Source: Alphaproteobacteria bacterium
Lineage (GTDB): Bacteria > Pseudomonadota > Alphaproteobacteria > SMXP01
Length of the DNA stretch: 64,000 nt
Direction: 5' to 3'
NCBI GenBank assembly: GCA_028285305.1
Contig: JANQPV010000022.1
Span: 137,322-201,321, forward strand
The translations under genes were made by a program, and so were the position numbers. This document shows positions 8,100 through 17,748 of this stretch, one piece after another. Each line of letters begins with the position of its first letter. Within the stretch, counting starts at the first letter, position 1. A model generated the notes under the pieces. That model searched no databases, was not told the origin of the DNA, and saw only the letters and a program-made list of their open reading frames with translations.

Positions 8100-10493
8100 A
8101 TGCACGATAGAAGAGTATGCTGGGGTGTCGCAGGCGCCGCCTTGTTATTGTCAGTAGACTTATTGTTGGCTGTCCCCGCTATCGCGCAGATCGATGAAAT
8201 CATCGTTACGGCTCGGAAGCGAGAGGAGAGCTTGTATGAGGTTCCGGTTGCGGTGACCGTGTTGGGCGAGCAGGCCATCGAAGCCGTTTCGCCTGCGGAT
8301 CTGCAAGACCTGACTGGCCTCGCCCCCAACATGTTCATCGGCATGAATACTGCTGGACCGGGTGCGTCGGCCATTTTTAGCCGGGGCCAAGGCTACGCCG
8401 ATATCGAGAAAACCCAAAACCCCGCGGTGGGCGTCTCGATCGACGGTATGTTTATTGGCACAAGTACCGGCCAACTTCTCGATGCGTTCGATGTCTCACA
8501 AGTCGAGGTGAACAGAGGGCCACAGGGTCTCTTGTTTGGCAAGAATACGACGGCCGGCGTGATCGACGTGAAGCGTACGCGTCCAACGGGAGAGTGGGGG
8601 GCGAAGGGCTCCGTTTCTTATGGCAGCTATGGAGAGAGGATTCTTAAAGCCGTCGTCAACTCACAGAGCTTTTTCAATGATCTGTTTGCGGTCAAGCTCG
8701 GCGCAACTTACAGAGCGCATGACGGATACTATTCGAACTTGTACTCCGGTGGCCGGGAAGGGGAGTTCAGCTATACAGGCGGCCACGCCATGGTTTCTTT
8801 CGATCCGACAGAGTGGTTTGATGGTTTGTTTGTGTACGATTTTATTCAGCAGCGCGGCGACGGACAACCGGTTCAGAATGCCAACCAGTTGAACGAACAA
8901 TTGCTCGGCACTGCGGTTGCCAATCCCGGTAGTTTGGATGCGCACCAAGTGGTGACTGACTTCGATAATCGGTCAAACTATGACGCTCATCGAATTAGCG
9001 CTGAATTCAATATCGATACGCCGATCGGCGCCTTGACGTCCATCACTGCCTACTTTGATACGTCGGATCGGGTGTTTCAAGATTTCGAGGCGACCTGCCG
9101 AACCGACTTGCTGGGGCTTGGTTGCCCGGTTGCGTTTCAAACGAATCCCCGTTTCGGAGCTCCTGCGCTCCATACAGATCGTAGTCAGGAATATGATCAG
9201 CTCACACAAGAAGTCCGACTGGTGACTGATTTAGATGACTTGTTCGGCGGACTTCCTTTGATCCACGGCGCGATCCTGACCACCGGCGGTTATTATTTCG
9301 GGGGGGACATTCAACTTATTCAGCAGACGGATGCCGGCGTTCCTGTGCCGACGCTTGTATCTCAGGTTGGAACGGAGCAAACGCGTTCATATGCAGGGTT
9401 TGCCGCCGGTGATTTTGAGCTCACGGAACGTCTTTCAATCAGCATCGGTGGGCGCTTCATCAGGGAAGAGAAGGACTTCTCCAACATCTATTTCAATATC
9501 GAGAATCTTGGGCCGGCTGGAACGAATACGGTCGGCGACATCGTGAGTGTGCAGCTTGATCGCAGAACCGAAGATGCGGCGTTTGAGGCTTGGACGACCA
9601 AATTCGGCATTGATTATCAAATTTTGGATGAAGTGTTGGCTTATTTCTCCCGATCAGAAGGATTTCGCAGCGGCGGTTTCTCGATCCGCGCAACGGGGGC
9701 CGAAGCGTTTGAAGGCGTAAACAGCTGTGCGCCAGACAATGCGGTGCCGCCGACGTTCGAACTGCTGTGTCCGGAGAATAACTTCTTTACCTTTGAACCC
9801 GAAAAGAACACGACCTATGAAGCAGGGATCAAGGGCCGTCTCTTCGAAGATACTCTGCTTGCGAATCTTTTGGGATTTTGGCAGAAAGTCGAAAATTATC
9901 AAGTGAGCGCGGTCACGAACACACCAGGTTTCGCCCGACCCACGTCCACGTATGTAAACAACTTCCAAGAAACGGGCGGTTGGGGCATCGAAGCCGAGTT
10001 CGTCTGGGACGTTCCGATGGTCGAAGGGCTCAGCTTGTCCGTGCTTGGGGGTTACCAAGACCTTGAGATCAAAGAAGCCTTGGTTGATGCGCGGCGTTTG
10101 CCTGTCGGGCCCGGCGGACAACCCGGATCTCCCGCCCAAGGACTGATCGATTTGTCCGATACGGAATTGGCTAGGACACCCGATTTTCAATATTCTTTAT
10201 CGGGAACTTATGAACGTCCTCTATTTAATGACGTGACTATCAATACTTCAGCGACTTGGAGGTACCAAGATGATTTCGTAATCGGATCATTGGGCAGCCT
10301 CACCGACGTTGAAGACGGTTATGGACTTCTCGACGCGCGCGTCAGCCTCATTTTCGAGGATAATCTGGAGTTTTCTGTTATCGGCAAGAATCTCACAAAT
10401 GAGGATTACCGGAACAATTCTTTGCCCGCCGTCAATTTTCAAGGCTGGGGCAATCCCACTATCATAACGTTTGAGATCAAGGGTCAGTTTTAG
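8100..10493 (+). CDS. TonB-dependent outer-membrane receptor
   Basis: ATG 8100 is preceded by GGAGG. Signal peptide is followed by a TonB-box-like DEIIVTARKREE, a plug, and a long beta-barrel ending in a C-terminal Phe. The in-frame upstream ATG at 8043 is less likely. Confidence 0.8.
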   Translation: MHDRRVCWGVAGAALLLSVDLLLAVPAIAQIDEIIVTARKREESLYEVPVAVTVLGEQAIEAVSPADLQDLTGLAPNMFIGMNTAGPGASAIFSRGQGYADIEKTQNPAVGVSIDGMFIGTSTGQLLDAFDVSQVEVNRGPQGLLFGKNTTAGVIDVKRTRPTGEWGAKGSVSYGSYGERILKAVVNSQSFFNDLFAVKLGATYRAHDGYYSNLYSGGREGEFSYTGGHAMVSFDPTEWFDGLFVYDFIQQRGDGQPVQNANQLNEQLLGTAVANPGSLDAHQVVTDFDNRSNYDAHRISAEFNIDTPIGALTSITAYFDTSDRVFQDFEATCRTDLLGLGCPVAFQTNPRFGAPALHTDRSQEYDQLTQEVRLVTDLDDLFGGLPLIHGAILTTGGYYFGGDIQLIQQTDAGVPVPTLVSQVGTEQTRSYAGFAAGDFELTERLSISIGGRFIREEKDFSNIYFNIENLGPAGTNTVGDIVSVQLDRRTEDAAFEAWTTKFGIDYQILDEVLAYFSRSEGFRSGGFSIRATGAEAFEGVNSCAPDNAVPPTFELLCPENNFFTFEPEKNTTYEAGIKGRLFEDTLLANLLGFWQKVENYQVSAVTNTPGFARPTSTYVNNFQETGGWGIEAEFVWDVPMVEGLSLSVLGGYQDLEIKEALVDARRLPVGPGGQPGSPAQGLIDLSDTELARTPDFQYSLSGTYERPLFNDVTINTSATWRYQDDFVIGSLGSLTDVEDGYGLLDARVSLIFEDNLEFSVIGKNLTNEDYRNNSLPAVNFQGWGNPTIITFEIKGQF

Positions 10494-10653
10494 GTGGGAT
10501 TGCCTGCTCCTGCGAACCACGACGTTTACCGAGTGAATTGGTTGAGAGATAGGATTTAGAGGCGATCCGGACTGATGTGATCACACGATTGGATCGAGGG
10601 GCAATGTTTCCACTCGGAGTGGCATCGCATACCCTCCCGGGTCGGAAATTGAA

Positions 10654-10680
10654 CCGCCGCGGTCTTTGTTGCCGCGGCGG
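10654..10680. terminator. GC-rich hairpin, possible bidirectional intrinsic terminator between the convergent TonB-receptor and crotonase genes
   Basis: CCGCCGCGG - tctttgtt - CCGCGGCGG followed by TTTCC. Confidence 0.3.
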
Positions 10681-10957
10681 TTTCCTTATAAGAGGCACAG
10701 CTAAAGGCCTATATCAGCCAACGACTTGACCTGTTGGGTTTGAGCCCAACGAAACGCCAAGCCATGCATTTGATAATCAGGGGCGACCATGTGATTGAAC
10801 GGGTCGTCGGTGTCGCTCGTGATCAAAAAGCGCGTTTCCCTCTGATGGAGCGTTTCATTCGCTTGTTGCCCAATGCGTATCCCAGTTACGTGAAATCTAG
10901 TTCGCTGCCGGGAAATGCGCAGCTTTTGGACTCTGTCTTCCGGTTTGGGCGCGATTG

Positions 10958-11632
10958 CTAACGGATCAGTCCTAAGTCTTGTTTCATCACTTCAATCGCT
11001 TTGCGCCGTGTGCTCAGTTTATTGCCGGCATAGGCATCTGCGGGCAGTTCGGCCAAGGCGGTTGCGATTTCGAGGGCTTTGCCGATGGCTTCGCCGGCTG
11101 GCACGAGTTCATCTAAGAAGCCGGAGGTGACGGCGCCTTCGGGATCGTAGACTTTCGATTGGGTCACGACGGGGACGAACTGGGTGGGATTGATGCGGGC
11201 TTTCAAGGGTTCGAGGGACCAGGCAGGTAGGATCCGGCCCAGAGCGGATTCGGTCATGGCGAACTTAAAATTTCCTATTTCTCCAATTCGAGTGTCGCAG
11301 GCGAGCAGCCAGAGGGCGCCGATGGTGAAGGCGTGTCCGGTACAGGCAGCGACGAGCGGCTTGGGATACTCGTACAGCCTACAGAGCATTCTGCCGCCGC
11401 GATCGCCCAATTTGCCGAACGCTTCCATGTCGCCGCTACGGAGCACGTTTATGTCAAAACCAGCGCAAAAAGAGCCGGGCCGGCCGGTGAGGACGATGGC
11501 CTTGGCGTCCTTTTCTGCACGGCCGACTGCGTCTTCCAGGTCCCCCAAGGCTTCTTGGGTGATGGCGTTCTTTTTGCCGTCATCCATTGTGATGAGGGCG
11601 ACATCGTCCTTCATGTTCAAAGTAATTTGCAT
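10958..11632 (-). CDS. enoyl-CoA hydratase/isomerase (crotonase) family protein
   Basis: Start reassigned to ATG MQITLNMKDDVALITMDDGKKNAI. Carries the crotonase fold motif CAGFDI. Confidence 0.75.
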   Translation of the reverse strand: MQITLNMKDDVALITMDDGKKNAITQEALGDLEDAVGRAEKDAKAIVLTGRPGSFCAGFDINVLRSGDMEAFGKLGDRGGRMLCRLYEYPKPLVAACTGHAFTIGALWLLACDTRIGEIGNFKFAMTESALGRILPAWSLEPLKARINPTQFVPVVTQSKVYDPEGAVTSGFLDELVPAGEAIGKALEIATALAELPADAYAGNKLSTRRKAIEVMKQDLGLIR

Positions 11633-11651
11633 AGGATCCCCCTTCTTTAGT

Positions 11652-12347
11652 CTAGATAACCGCGCGCAGAGAGGCCTCAATCTGACCGCTGCACCACTCC
11701 TCACCGTAAGCTTCATCGCTCGTGGTGCGGAGTTCTTTCTGTTCGGGCAGACCGGCAATGCGATCGGAGAGGCTGGCTACTTTGGGGGCTGCCTCCTCCA
11801 GCACAGGCCTCAGGGCCGGAAGTTTGTCTGTCATCGTTCCCCAGAGGATATGGGTTGTGAAATCGGCGATGCTGAGATCCTTTGTTCCCAGAATTGTTCC
11901 GCTCTCTCGCGTCAGGCCGTGGCGACGTCCTAAGTCCTCGAACATTTCCATCCAGCGGCGCAGTCGCGGGAGATAGTCACTCCAGCTTTCTCGCGTCCAC
12001 ATTTGCGCGCCGTTATACAGTGTCATTTCATAGAGAATGTCATTGGCATCGGCGATGATCTTGTGACTGAGCGCTTCGAGGGTGCGATCCTTGGGGATGA
12101 GATCGTACTTTCGGCCGAGATAAGCGAGGATGGCCTGGGTCTGGGAAATCGAAGCCTTTGCCTCATGATCGGTCAGGACCGGCGGGCCCATATGAGGCAC
12201 GGACTGAATGGAAGGAGTCTGATCCTTGAGCGCGTAAATCTCCTCGGCTGAGCGCTCGTCCCAAGTAGCGTGAACATGAGCAAGGACGGCGCGCACGAAC
12301 TGGCCGCGAAAAGGAATCGGCCAATAATAGAGAGTGTACTCAGCCAT
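11652..12347 (-). CDS. glutathione S-transferase family protein
   Basis: The N-terminal thioredoxin-like motif reads MAEYTLYYWPIPFRGQFVRAVL. A GST C-terminal helical domain follows. Confidence 0.7.
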   Translation of the reverse strand: MAEYTLYYWPIPFRGQFVRAVLAHVHATWDERSAEEIYALKDQTPSIQSVPHMGPPVLTDHEAKASISQTQAILAYLGRKYDLIPKDRTLEALSHKIIADANDILYEMTLYNGAQMWTRESWSDYLPRLRRWMEMFEDLGRRHGLTRESGTILGTKDLSIADFTTHILWGTMTDKLPALRPVLEEAAPKVASLSDRIAGLPEQKELRTTSDEAYGEEWCSGQIEASLRAVI

Positions 12348-12353
12348 GTCGGA

Positions 12354-13571
12354 TTATCCTTTTAACAGCTCCCCGGCAATGATCAGCTGGCGGACTTCGG
12401 TTGTGCCTGCGCCGATCTCCAAGAGTTTCGTGTGACGATAAAGCCGGTTGATCTCCGACTCCCAGATGTAGCCGGCACCGCCATGGATCTGGACCGCGTG
12501 ATCGAGCACTTTATTCATGCTGTTGGCGGCGTAGTAGACCGAAGCCGCCGTCAGTTTGTGGATCTCGCCGCGGCCTCCAGCGCCTTGGTCGAGACTGTCG
12601 GCCTCGGCGAGGGCCCGGTAGGTGAAGGTCCGGGTCGTTTCGGTCAGTACATACATGTCCGCCAAGCGGGCTTGAATCATCTGAAACTTCCCGATGGTTG
12701 CGCCGAACTGTTCGCGGGTGTTGGCATACTCAACCGACAGCTCAAGGGCGCGTTCACAAACGCCAAGGCAGATGGGCGAAATCATGGAGCGTTCAAGATC
12801 AAGACCGCTCATAACAACCGCGACGCCCATGTCTTCTTCGCCGACCAGGTTCTCCGCCGGAACCCGGCACTCGTCAAAAACTAGCTCGCCGGTCTGGCTG
12901 CCCCTGAATCCCATTTTGTTTAGCACCTGCGCCACGCGGAAACCGGGAAAGTCTTTCTCAACGATGAACGCGGAGATGCCCTTGGCTCCCTTTTCCGGAG
13001 AGGTTTTGGCGTACACTAACACAAGGTCGGCAACGGGGCCATTTGTGATGTAGAGCTTGCTGCCGTTTAAAATGTATGTGTCGCCTTCACGTCTGGCGGT
13101 GGTCCGCATACTGCCGAGGGCGTCGGATCCCGCGCCGGGTTCGGTCAAGCCCAAAGCACCAATGAAGGAGCCGTCGCAGAGGCCCGGCAGATACTTATTG
13201 CGAAGAAACTCATTGGCGTTCCTGTATATATTATTTGTACAAAGATTGTCATGAGCGACCCAAGAAAGTGCGAAAGCGGGATTGTAGCGGGACATGGCTT
13301 GGGCGACGGCGCCGCTGGAGAGCATATCCAGCTCCGATCCGCCATACTCCATCGCAACCGTCGAGCCCAAATAGCCGAGATGCCCGAGGGCTCTAAACTC
13401 TTGGTCGGGCCACCATTCTTCATCATCCATGCGCTGGGCGAGCGGGGCTAGGCGCTCTCTCGCCATGCGGTCGGCGGCGTCCAATACTTGGCGCTGGTCC
13501 TCATTGAGACCAAACGCATCTTCTGCCGGCGTGTTTCGAGGATAGGAGGTCTGTGAATTCAAGGAGCTCAT
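12354..13571 (-). CDS. acyl-CoA dehydrogenase (isovaleryl-CoA dehydrogenase-like)
   Basis: 405 aa with ACAD N, middle and C domains: GLTEPGAGSD, the YITNG motif and GGAGYIWESEINRLYR. Confidence 0.85.
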   Translation of the reverse strand: MSSLNSQTSYPRNTPAEDAFGLNEDQRQVLDAADRMARERLAPLAQRMDDEEWWPDQEFRALGHLGYLGSTVAMEYGGSELDMLSSGAVAQAMSRYNPAFALSWVAHDNLCTNNIYRNANEFLRNKYLPGLCDGSFIGALGLTEPGAGSDALGSMRTTARREGDTYILNGSKLYITNGPVADLVLVYAKTSPEKGAKGISAFIVEKDFPGFRVAQVLNKMGFRGSQTGELVFDECRVPAENLVGEEDMGVAVVMSGLDLERSMISPICLGVCERALELSVEYANTREQFGATIGKFQMIQARLADMYVLTETTRTFTYRALAEADSLDQGAGGRGEIHKLTAASVYYAANSMNKVLDHAVQIHGGAGYIWESEINRLYRHTKLLEIGAGTTEVRQLIIAGELLKG

Positions 13572-13580
13572 GTTAGCCCT

Positions 13581-13619
13581 ATTGTCATTGGGATTTACTA
13601 TTGTCTAGTTGTAACAACG
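13581..13619. promoter_or_regulatory. candidate operator in the divergent acyl-CoA dehydrogenase / TetR promoter region
   Basis: Perfect 11-bp palindrome GTTGTAACAAC at 13609-13619. Two ATTGTC(A/T) half-sites lie at 13581 and 13600. Confidence 0.25.
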
Positions 13620-13706
13620 ACCAATGCTAAGAAAAGTGCTTGCGTTTTGGACGTATTGGTTATTTAGTGAATGTGATTTACTAGAAGAACTGGCGCAACG
13701 CAAGTC

Positions 13707-14402
13707 ATGACGATAAGACAAAGGATCAGGCGGCCCAAAGCGGAACGCATTGCTGAAATCTTGTCGGCGGCGCGGGAGATCTTTGCGGCCAAAGGATATC
13801 AGGCGGCCACCCTCAGCGATATCGCCTCTCAGGTCGGCGTGGTCGAAGGTGCCATTTACCGCCACTTTAAGAATAAGCGAGACATTCTCCTTCGTCTTTA
13901 TGAGGAGTTTTACGAAGAACTCATTCAAGGGGCGCAAGAAGAATTACCGGCGATAGCCGGTTGCCGCAAGAAGATGCGCTATCTTATTTGGCGTCACCTT
14001 AAACTCTTTGCAGATGATCCGGAATATTGTTGGATCCTCATCCGGGAAGTACGGTCTGATCCTCATCTTTATCAATCCTCCATTCATGAACTCAATCGGC
14101 GGTATACGGGCCTAAGCGTCACTGTAATCGAAGAAGGTATTGCGGAAGGGGAGATCCGGTCCGATGTCTCTCCCTTTACCGTACGGGATCTGATTTTCGG
14201 CGGGATCGAACACATGATGTGGCGTCATTTGCTGGCGGAGCGGTCGATTGATATCGAGGCGCGAACGGATGAGCTCACCGATATGGTTTTTGCAGGACTT
14301 GCGCCCAGTTCATCCAGCGCGCAAGCCGCAACGTCTGTGTACGAGCGTTTGGCAAAGGTGGCCGACAAACTGGAGAGGGCGTCTCTGACGCTTGCCGACT
14401 AG
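13707..14402 (+). CDS. TetR/AcrR family transcriptional regulator
   Basis: The N-terminal HTH reads KGYQAATLSDIASQVGVVEGAIYRHFKNKRDIL. Divergent from the acyl-CoA dehydrogenase gene. Confidence 0.75.
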   Translation: MTIRQRIRRPKAERIAEILSAAREIFAAKGYQAATLSDIASQVGVVEGAIYRHFKNKRDILLRLYEEFYEELIQGAQEELPAIAGCRKKMRYLIWRHLKLFADDPEYCWILIREVRSDPHLYQSSIHELNRRYTGLSVTVIEEGIAEGEIRSDVSPFTVRDLIFGGIEHMMWRHLLAERSIDIEARTDELTDMVFAGLAPSSSSAQAATSVYERLAKVADKLERASLTLAD

Positions 14403-14424
14403 GTTCTCCTGGGGAAAGAGTACG

Positions 14425-16047
14425 ATGCAACCCTTTCAATCGCGTCTTCAAATAAATTCCGATGCGTACCAGCGAAACCGGGCCGAAATGTTGGGCCTTG
14501 TTGATCGATTGAGATCTGTGGAATCCCGCGCGGTCGACCTTTCCAACAAAAGGCGTCCTACGTTCGAGAGGCGCGGCCAGGTGCCGCCTCATGACCGTGT
14601 CGCCTTGTTGTTGGACGCCGGCATGCCGTTTTTGCGGCTGCATACGCTTGCGAACTATCTCGTCGAGGACGATGATCCGGAAACGAGCGTTCCAGGAGCG
14701 AACTTGATTGCCGGGATTGGCTTTGTGAACGGCGTTCGCTGTATGATCTGGGTGGACGACAGCGGTATCCGCGCCGGATCCATAACACGGATGACGGCGA
14801 ATACGGTGCTCAGCATCCAGGAGATTGCCTTGCGCCAAAAACTGCCGCTGGTGCATCTGGTGGAAAGCGCAGGCGCCGATCTTACAAAGTTTCTCGTTGA
14901 AAGCTGGATCGATTCAGGGGCCATGTTTCGGAACCTAGCGAGGTTGAGCGCAGCGGGCATTCCAACACTTGTCGTATTGCACGGGCCATCGACCGCGGGC
15001 GGGGCCTATATGCCGGGCATGTCCGACTATGTGGTAGGTGTGAAGAATAACGGTATGGCGGCGCTTGCCGGCGCGGCGCTCGTGCGGGCCGCCACGGGAG
15101 AGGTCGTGGATGATCGGGACTTGGGCGGCACTGAAATGCACGCCAGCGTGTCGGGTTTGGTCGAGTTCCTTGCAGAAGACGATGTGCACGGCATTTCCAT
15201 TGTGCGTGAGATCATTGGCAGTTTGAATTGGAATGCCGATTTGGTTCCTCCATCCCGCAAGGCTTTTGAGCCGCCTAAATACTGTGCAGACGAGCTTGCT
15301 GGGTTGGTACCGACCGATTACCGCATTCCTTACGATGTGCGCGAAGTGATGGCGCGGATTGTGGATGGGTCTGCTTTTGAAGATTTCAAGCCGGGATACG
15401 GGCCTGCTACAGTCTGTATGCGGTCAAGCATTATGGGTTTTGCTTGCGGGATCATTGGAAACAACGGACCTATCGATCCGGCCGGTGCCACCAAAGCGGC
15501 GCAATTTTTTCAGCTTTGCGATCAGGCGGACATTCCCCTCATCTTTCTTCAGAATACCACGGGTTACATTGTCGGATCTCAGTCGGAACGGGCGGGCATG
15601 ATCAAGCATGGTTCAAAAATGATCCAAGCGGTCACCAATGTGCGTGTGCCGAAGATCACGCTCTATATCGGGGCGAGTTATGGCGCCGGGAACTATGGCA
15701 TGTGCGGGTATTCTTATGAGCCCGACTTTCTCTTTGCGTGGCCGAATGCGTGCACCAATGTGATGGGAGCGGAACAGGCGGCCAAGACAATGACACAGGT
15801 TGCAGAAGTCTCAGCCACCCGACGTGGGGAGGAGCCGGACCGCGTGGCCATTCAAGCCCAGGAAGATAAGATCTTGGCTCACTTTTCGCGGCAAGAGAAT
15901 GCCTTTTACACATCGGGCCGCATCCTCGATAATGGGGTGATTGATCCACGCGACACGCGCAAAGTCCTGGGGATGGTTCTGGAGACGTGTTTGGAGGCGC
16001 GGGTGCGTAGACTAAAGCCAAACAGCTTCGGCGTGGCGCGATTTTAA
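14425..16047 (+). CDS. acyl-CoA carboxylase carboxyltransferase (beta) subunit, methylcrotonyl-/geranyl-CoA carboxylase-like (MccB/AtuC/LiuB-like)
   Basis: ATG 14425 (the track start at 14392 is TTG). Full carboxyl_trans domain with N and C halves, similar to MccB. Confidence 0.8.
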   Translation: MQPFQSRLQINSDAYQRNRAEMLGLVDRLRSVESRAVDLSNKRRPTFERRGQVPPHDRVALLLDAGMPFLRLHTLANYLVEDDDPETSVPGANLIAGIGFVNGVRCMIWVDDSGIRAGSITRMTANTVLSIQEIALRQKLPLVHLVESAGADLTKFLVESWIDSGAMFRNLARLSAAGIPTLVVLHGPSTAGGAYMPGMSDYVVGVKNNGMAALAGAALVRAATGEVVDDRDLGGTEMHASVSGLVEFLAEDDVHGISIVREIIGSLNWNADLVPPSRKAFEPPKYCADELAGLVPTDYRIPYDVREVMARIVDGSAFEDFKPGYGPATVCMRSSIMGFACGIIGNNGPIDPAGATKAAQFFQLCDQADIPLIFLQNTTGYIVGSQSERAGMIKHGSKMIQAVTNVRVPKITLYIGASYGAGNYGMCGYSYEPDFLFAWPNACTNVMGAEQAAKTMTQVAEVSATRRGEEPDRVAIQAQEDKILAHFSRQENAFYTSGRILDNGVIDPRDTRKVLGMVLETCLEARVRRLKPNSFGVARF

Positions 16048-16057
16048 GGAGCCTGAG

Positions 16058-16879
16058 ATGACGACCCTTCCGCAGACTGATGCACTTGATCTGGACTTAA
16101 CGGGAGGATGGCTCACCATTTGGTTCGATCAAGTTGACACGCGCAATGCACTCACCGATGCGCTGCGTACGGATCTTCAAGATGTGTTGGTGGCGGTGCG
16201 AGATAATCGAGAGGTCCGAGGGATCACCTTACGGGGTAAGGGGGGTGTTTTCTGTGCAGGCGGAGATCTCAAAACGTTTCAGGGCGGGTTCCAGGAACGG
16301 GGCGATCGTTCCGAGATAATGGAAATGTCACGGGATGCGGCCCGCATTTTCGATCTGGTCAACGAGGCCCCGCAAGTGGTTATCGCGTTCATTGAAGGCG
16401 CAGCTATGGCGGGCGGGTTCGGTCTTGCGTGCTGTGCGGACGTCGTTATTTGCGAAGAAGACGCGAGGTTCGCGATGACGGAGACAACGCTCGGTCTATC
16501 GCCTGCTCAAATTGCGCCCTTCGTGATCCAGAAGCTCGGTTACGCAACGGCTCGGCGTCTTATGCTGACCGCTGCGCGCTTCAAGGGGCGGGAGGCGTTT
16601 CAGCTGGGTTTTGCCGACTTTATTGCGCCGTCTACGGAGGAGCTGCAGGAGATTGAACAAAAGCTTAAGTCTCAAGTTCTGACATGCGCACCGGGGGCGG
16701 TTGCTGGAACCAAGGAGCTCATTCATCAATTGTCCAACCTGAATCGCCAACAGGCGATCGAAGCGGCGGCCGAGAACTTCACCGACCGCATGCTCAGCGA
16801 TGAATGCCGGGAGGGGCTTGCAGCGTTTTTCGAGAAGCGACGCCCGAAATGGAGTGAGGGGAATGCCGACGAACGCTGA
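16058..16879 (+). CDS. enoyl-CoA hydratase (methylglutaconyl-CoA hydratase-like)
   Basis: Crotonase fold motifs GGDLKTF, AAMAGG and ETTLGL. Immediately downstream of the carboxyltransferase gene. Confidence 0.75.
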   Translation: MTTLPQTDALDLDLTGGWLTIWFDQVDTRNALTDALRTDLQDVLVAVRDNREVRGITLRGKGGVFCAGGDLKTFQGGFQERGDRSEIMEMSRDAARIFDLVNEAPQVVIAFIEGAAMAGGFGLACCADVVICEEDARFAMTETTLGLSPAQIAPFVIQKLGYATARRLMLTAARFKGREAFQLGFADFIAPSTEELQEIEQKLKSQVLTCAPGAVAGTKELIHQLSNLNRQQAIEAAAENFTDRMLSDECREGLAAFFEKRRPKWSEGNADER

Positions 16880-16941
16880 TTTGACAGCGGGGGACGGCGG
16901 CGGAATGATGGGCTCCATGTTAGGGACCTGGGAGATGTGAT

Positions 16942-17748
16942 GTGGAGAATGACCAATATTGCAGGACGGATCTCAATTACTACTCACATTTTGGCGCGCG
17001 CCCTTGTTCCGTTTCCATACGGGATGCTCGGCGGAGGGACGATTTGACCTGGGAGTTCAATGGCTTTCAAAGAGTTGACCATGTATCCGAGATCACCGAT
17101 TGGGACGATGACGATGTCTTAGCCACTGTGCATTATCCGGAAATCGAAAGGCTGGCGAAGATGCTGACGGGCGCACCTCATGCGCTCGTCGCCAGTCATA
17201 TCAGCCGCAATGTTGAGAAGGCCAAAGTGCATTCAGACTACGCGCCCATCCAGTTTGTTCATTCGGACTTTGCGGATGATTATGGCGACCTCATCAAAAA
17301 GCGGTACAAACGGGGGTACGGTCATACCGAGGCGGCTCTAGAGCGGGCGGGGCTTACTGTTGAGGACCTTGTACAGGCGGACCGTGTGCTGATCTTGCAG
17401 ACGTGGCGCAATGTGGGGCCGGTTACGCCGAACTATCCGCTCGCATTTTGTGATCCCACCTCTGTCGACCCAAAGGACCTCAGCAAAATCCATTTGAATG
17501 GGTATGCGGGCGACGACTTCGCGTTCGACGTGTTGGCCGTAAGAGCGCCCGATAGCGCCGGGATGCATCAGTGGTATACGTATCCCAATTTGACCAAGGA
17601 CGAAGTGGTCGTCTTTCGCACGTTCGACAGCAAATGTGTGGCGGAGGGTAGGCCCTTTTGGACGCCCCACTGCGCTTTTCGGGATCCGGGGGCCCGAGAA
17701 GACAACCAACGGCGCAGTATCGAGATTCGGGCCATGTGCTTGTTTTAA
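16942..17748 (+). CDS. conserved hypothetical protein, possibly a CmcJ/NvfI-like non-heme-iron oxidoreductase
   Basis: 268 aa. GTG start with GGAGA SD 6 nt upstream. HSD...H spacing is compatible with a cupin/2OG-oxygenase-like fold. The family call is from memory only. Confidence 0.35.
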   Translation: MENDQYCRTDLNYYSHFGARPCSVSIRDARRRDDLTWEFNGFQRVDHVSEITDWDDDDVLATVHYPEIERLAKMLTGAPHALVASHISRNVEKAKVHSDYAPIQFVHSDFADDYGDLIKKRYKRGYGHTEAALERAGLTVEDLVQADRVLILQTWRNVGPVTPNYPLAFCDPTSVDPKDLSKIHLNGYAGDDFAFDVLAVRAPDSAGMHQWYTYPNLTKDEVVVFRTFDSKCVAEGRPFWTPHCAFRDPGAREDNQRRSIEIRAMCLF

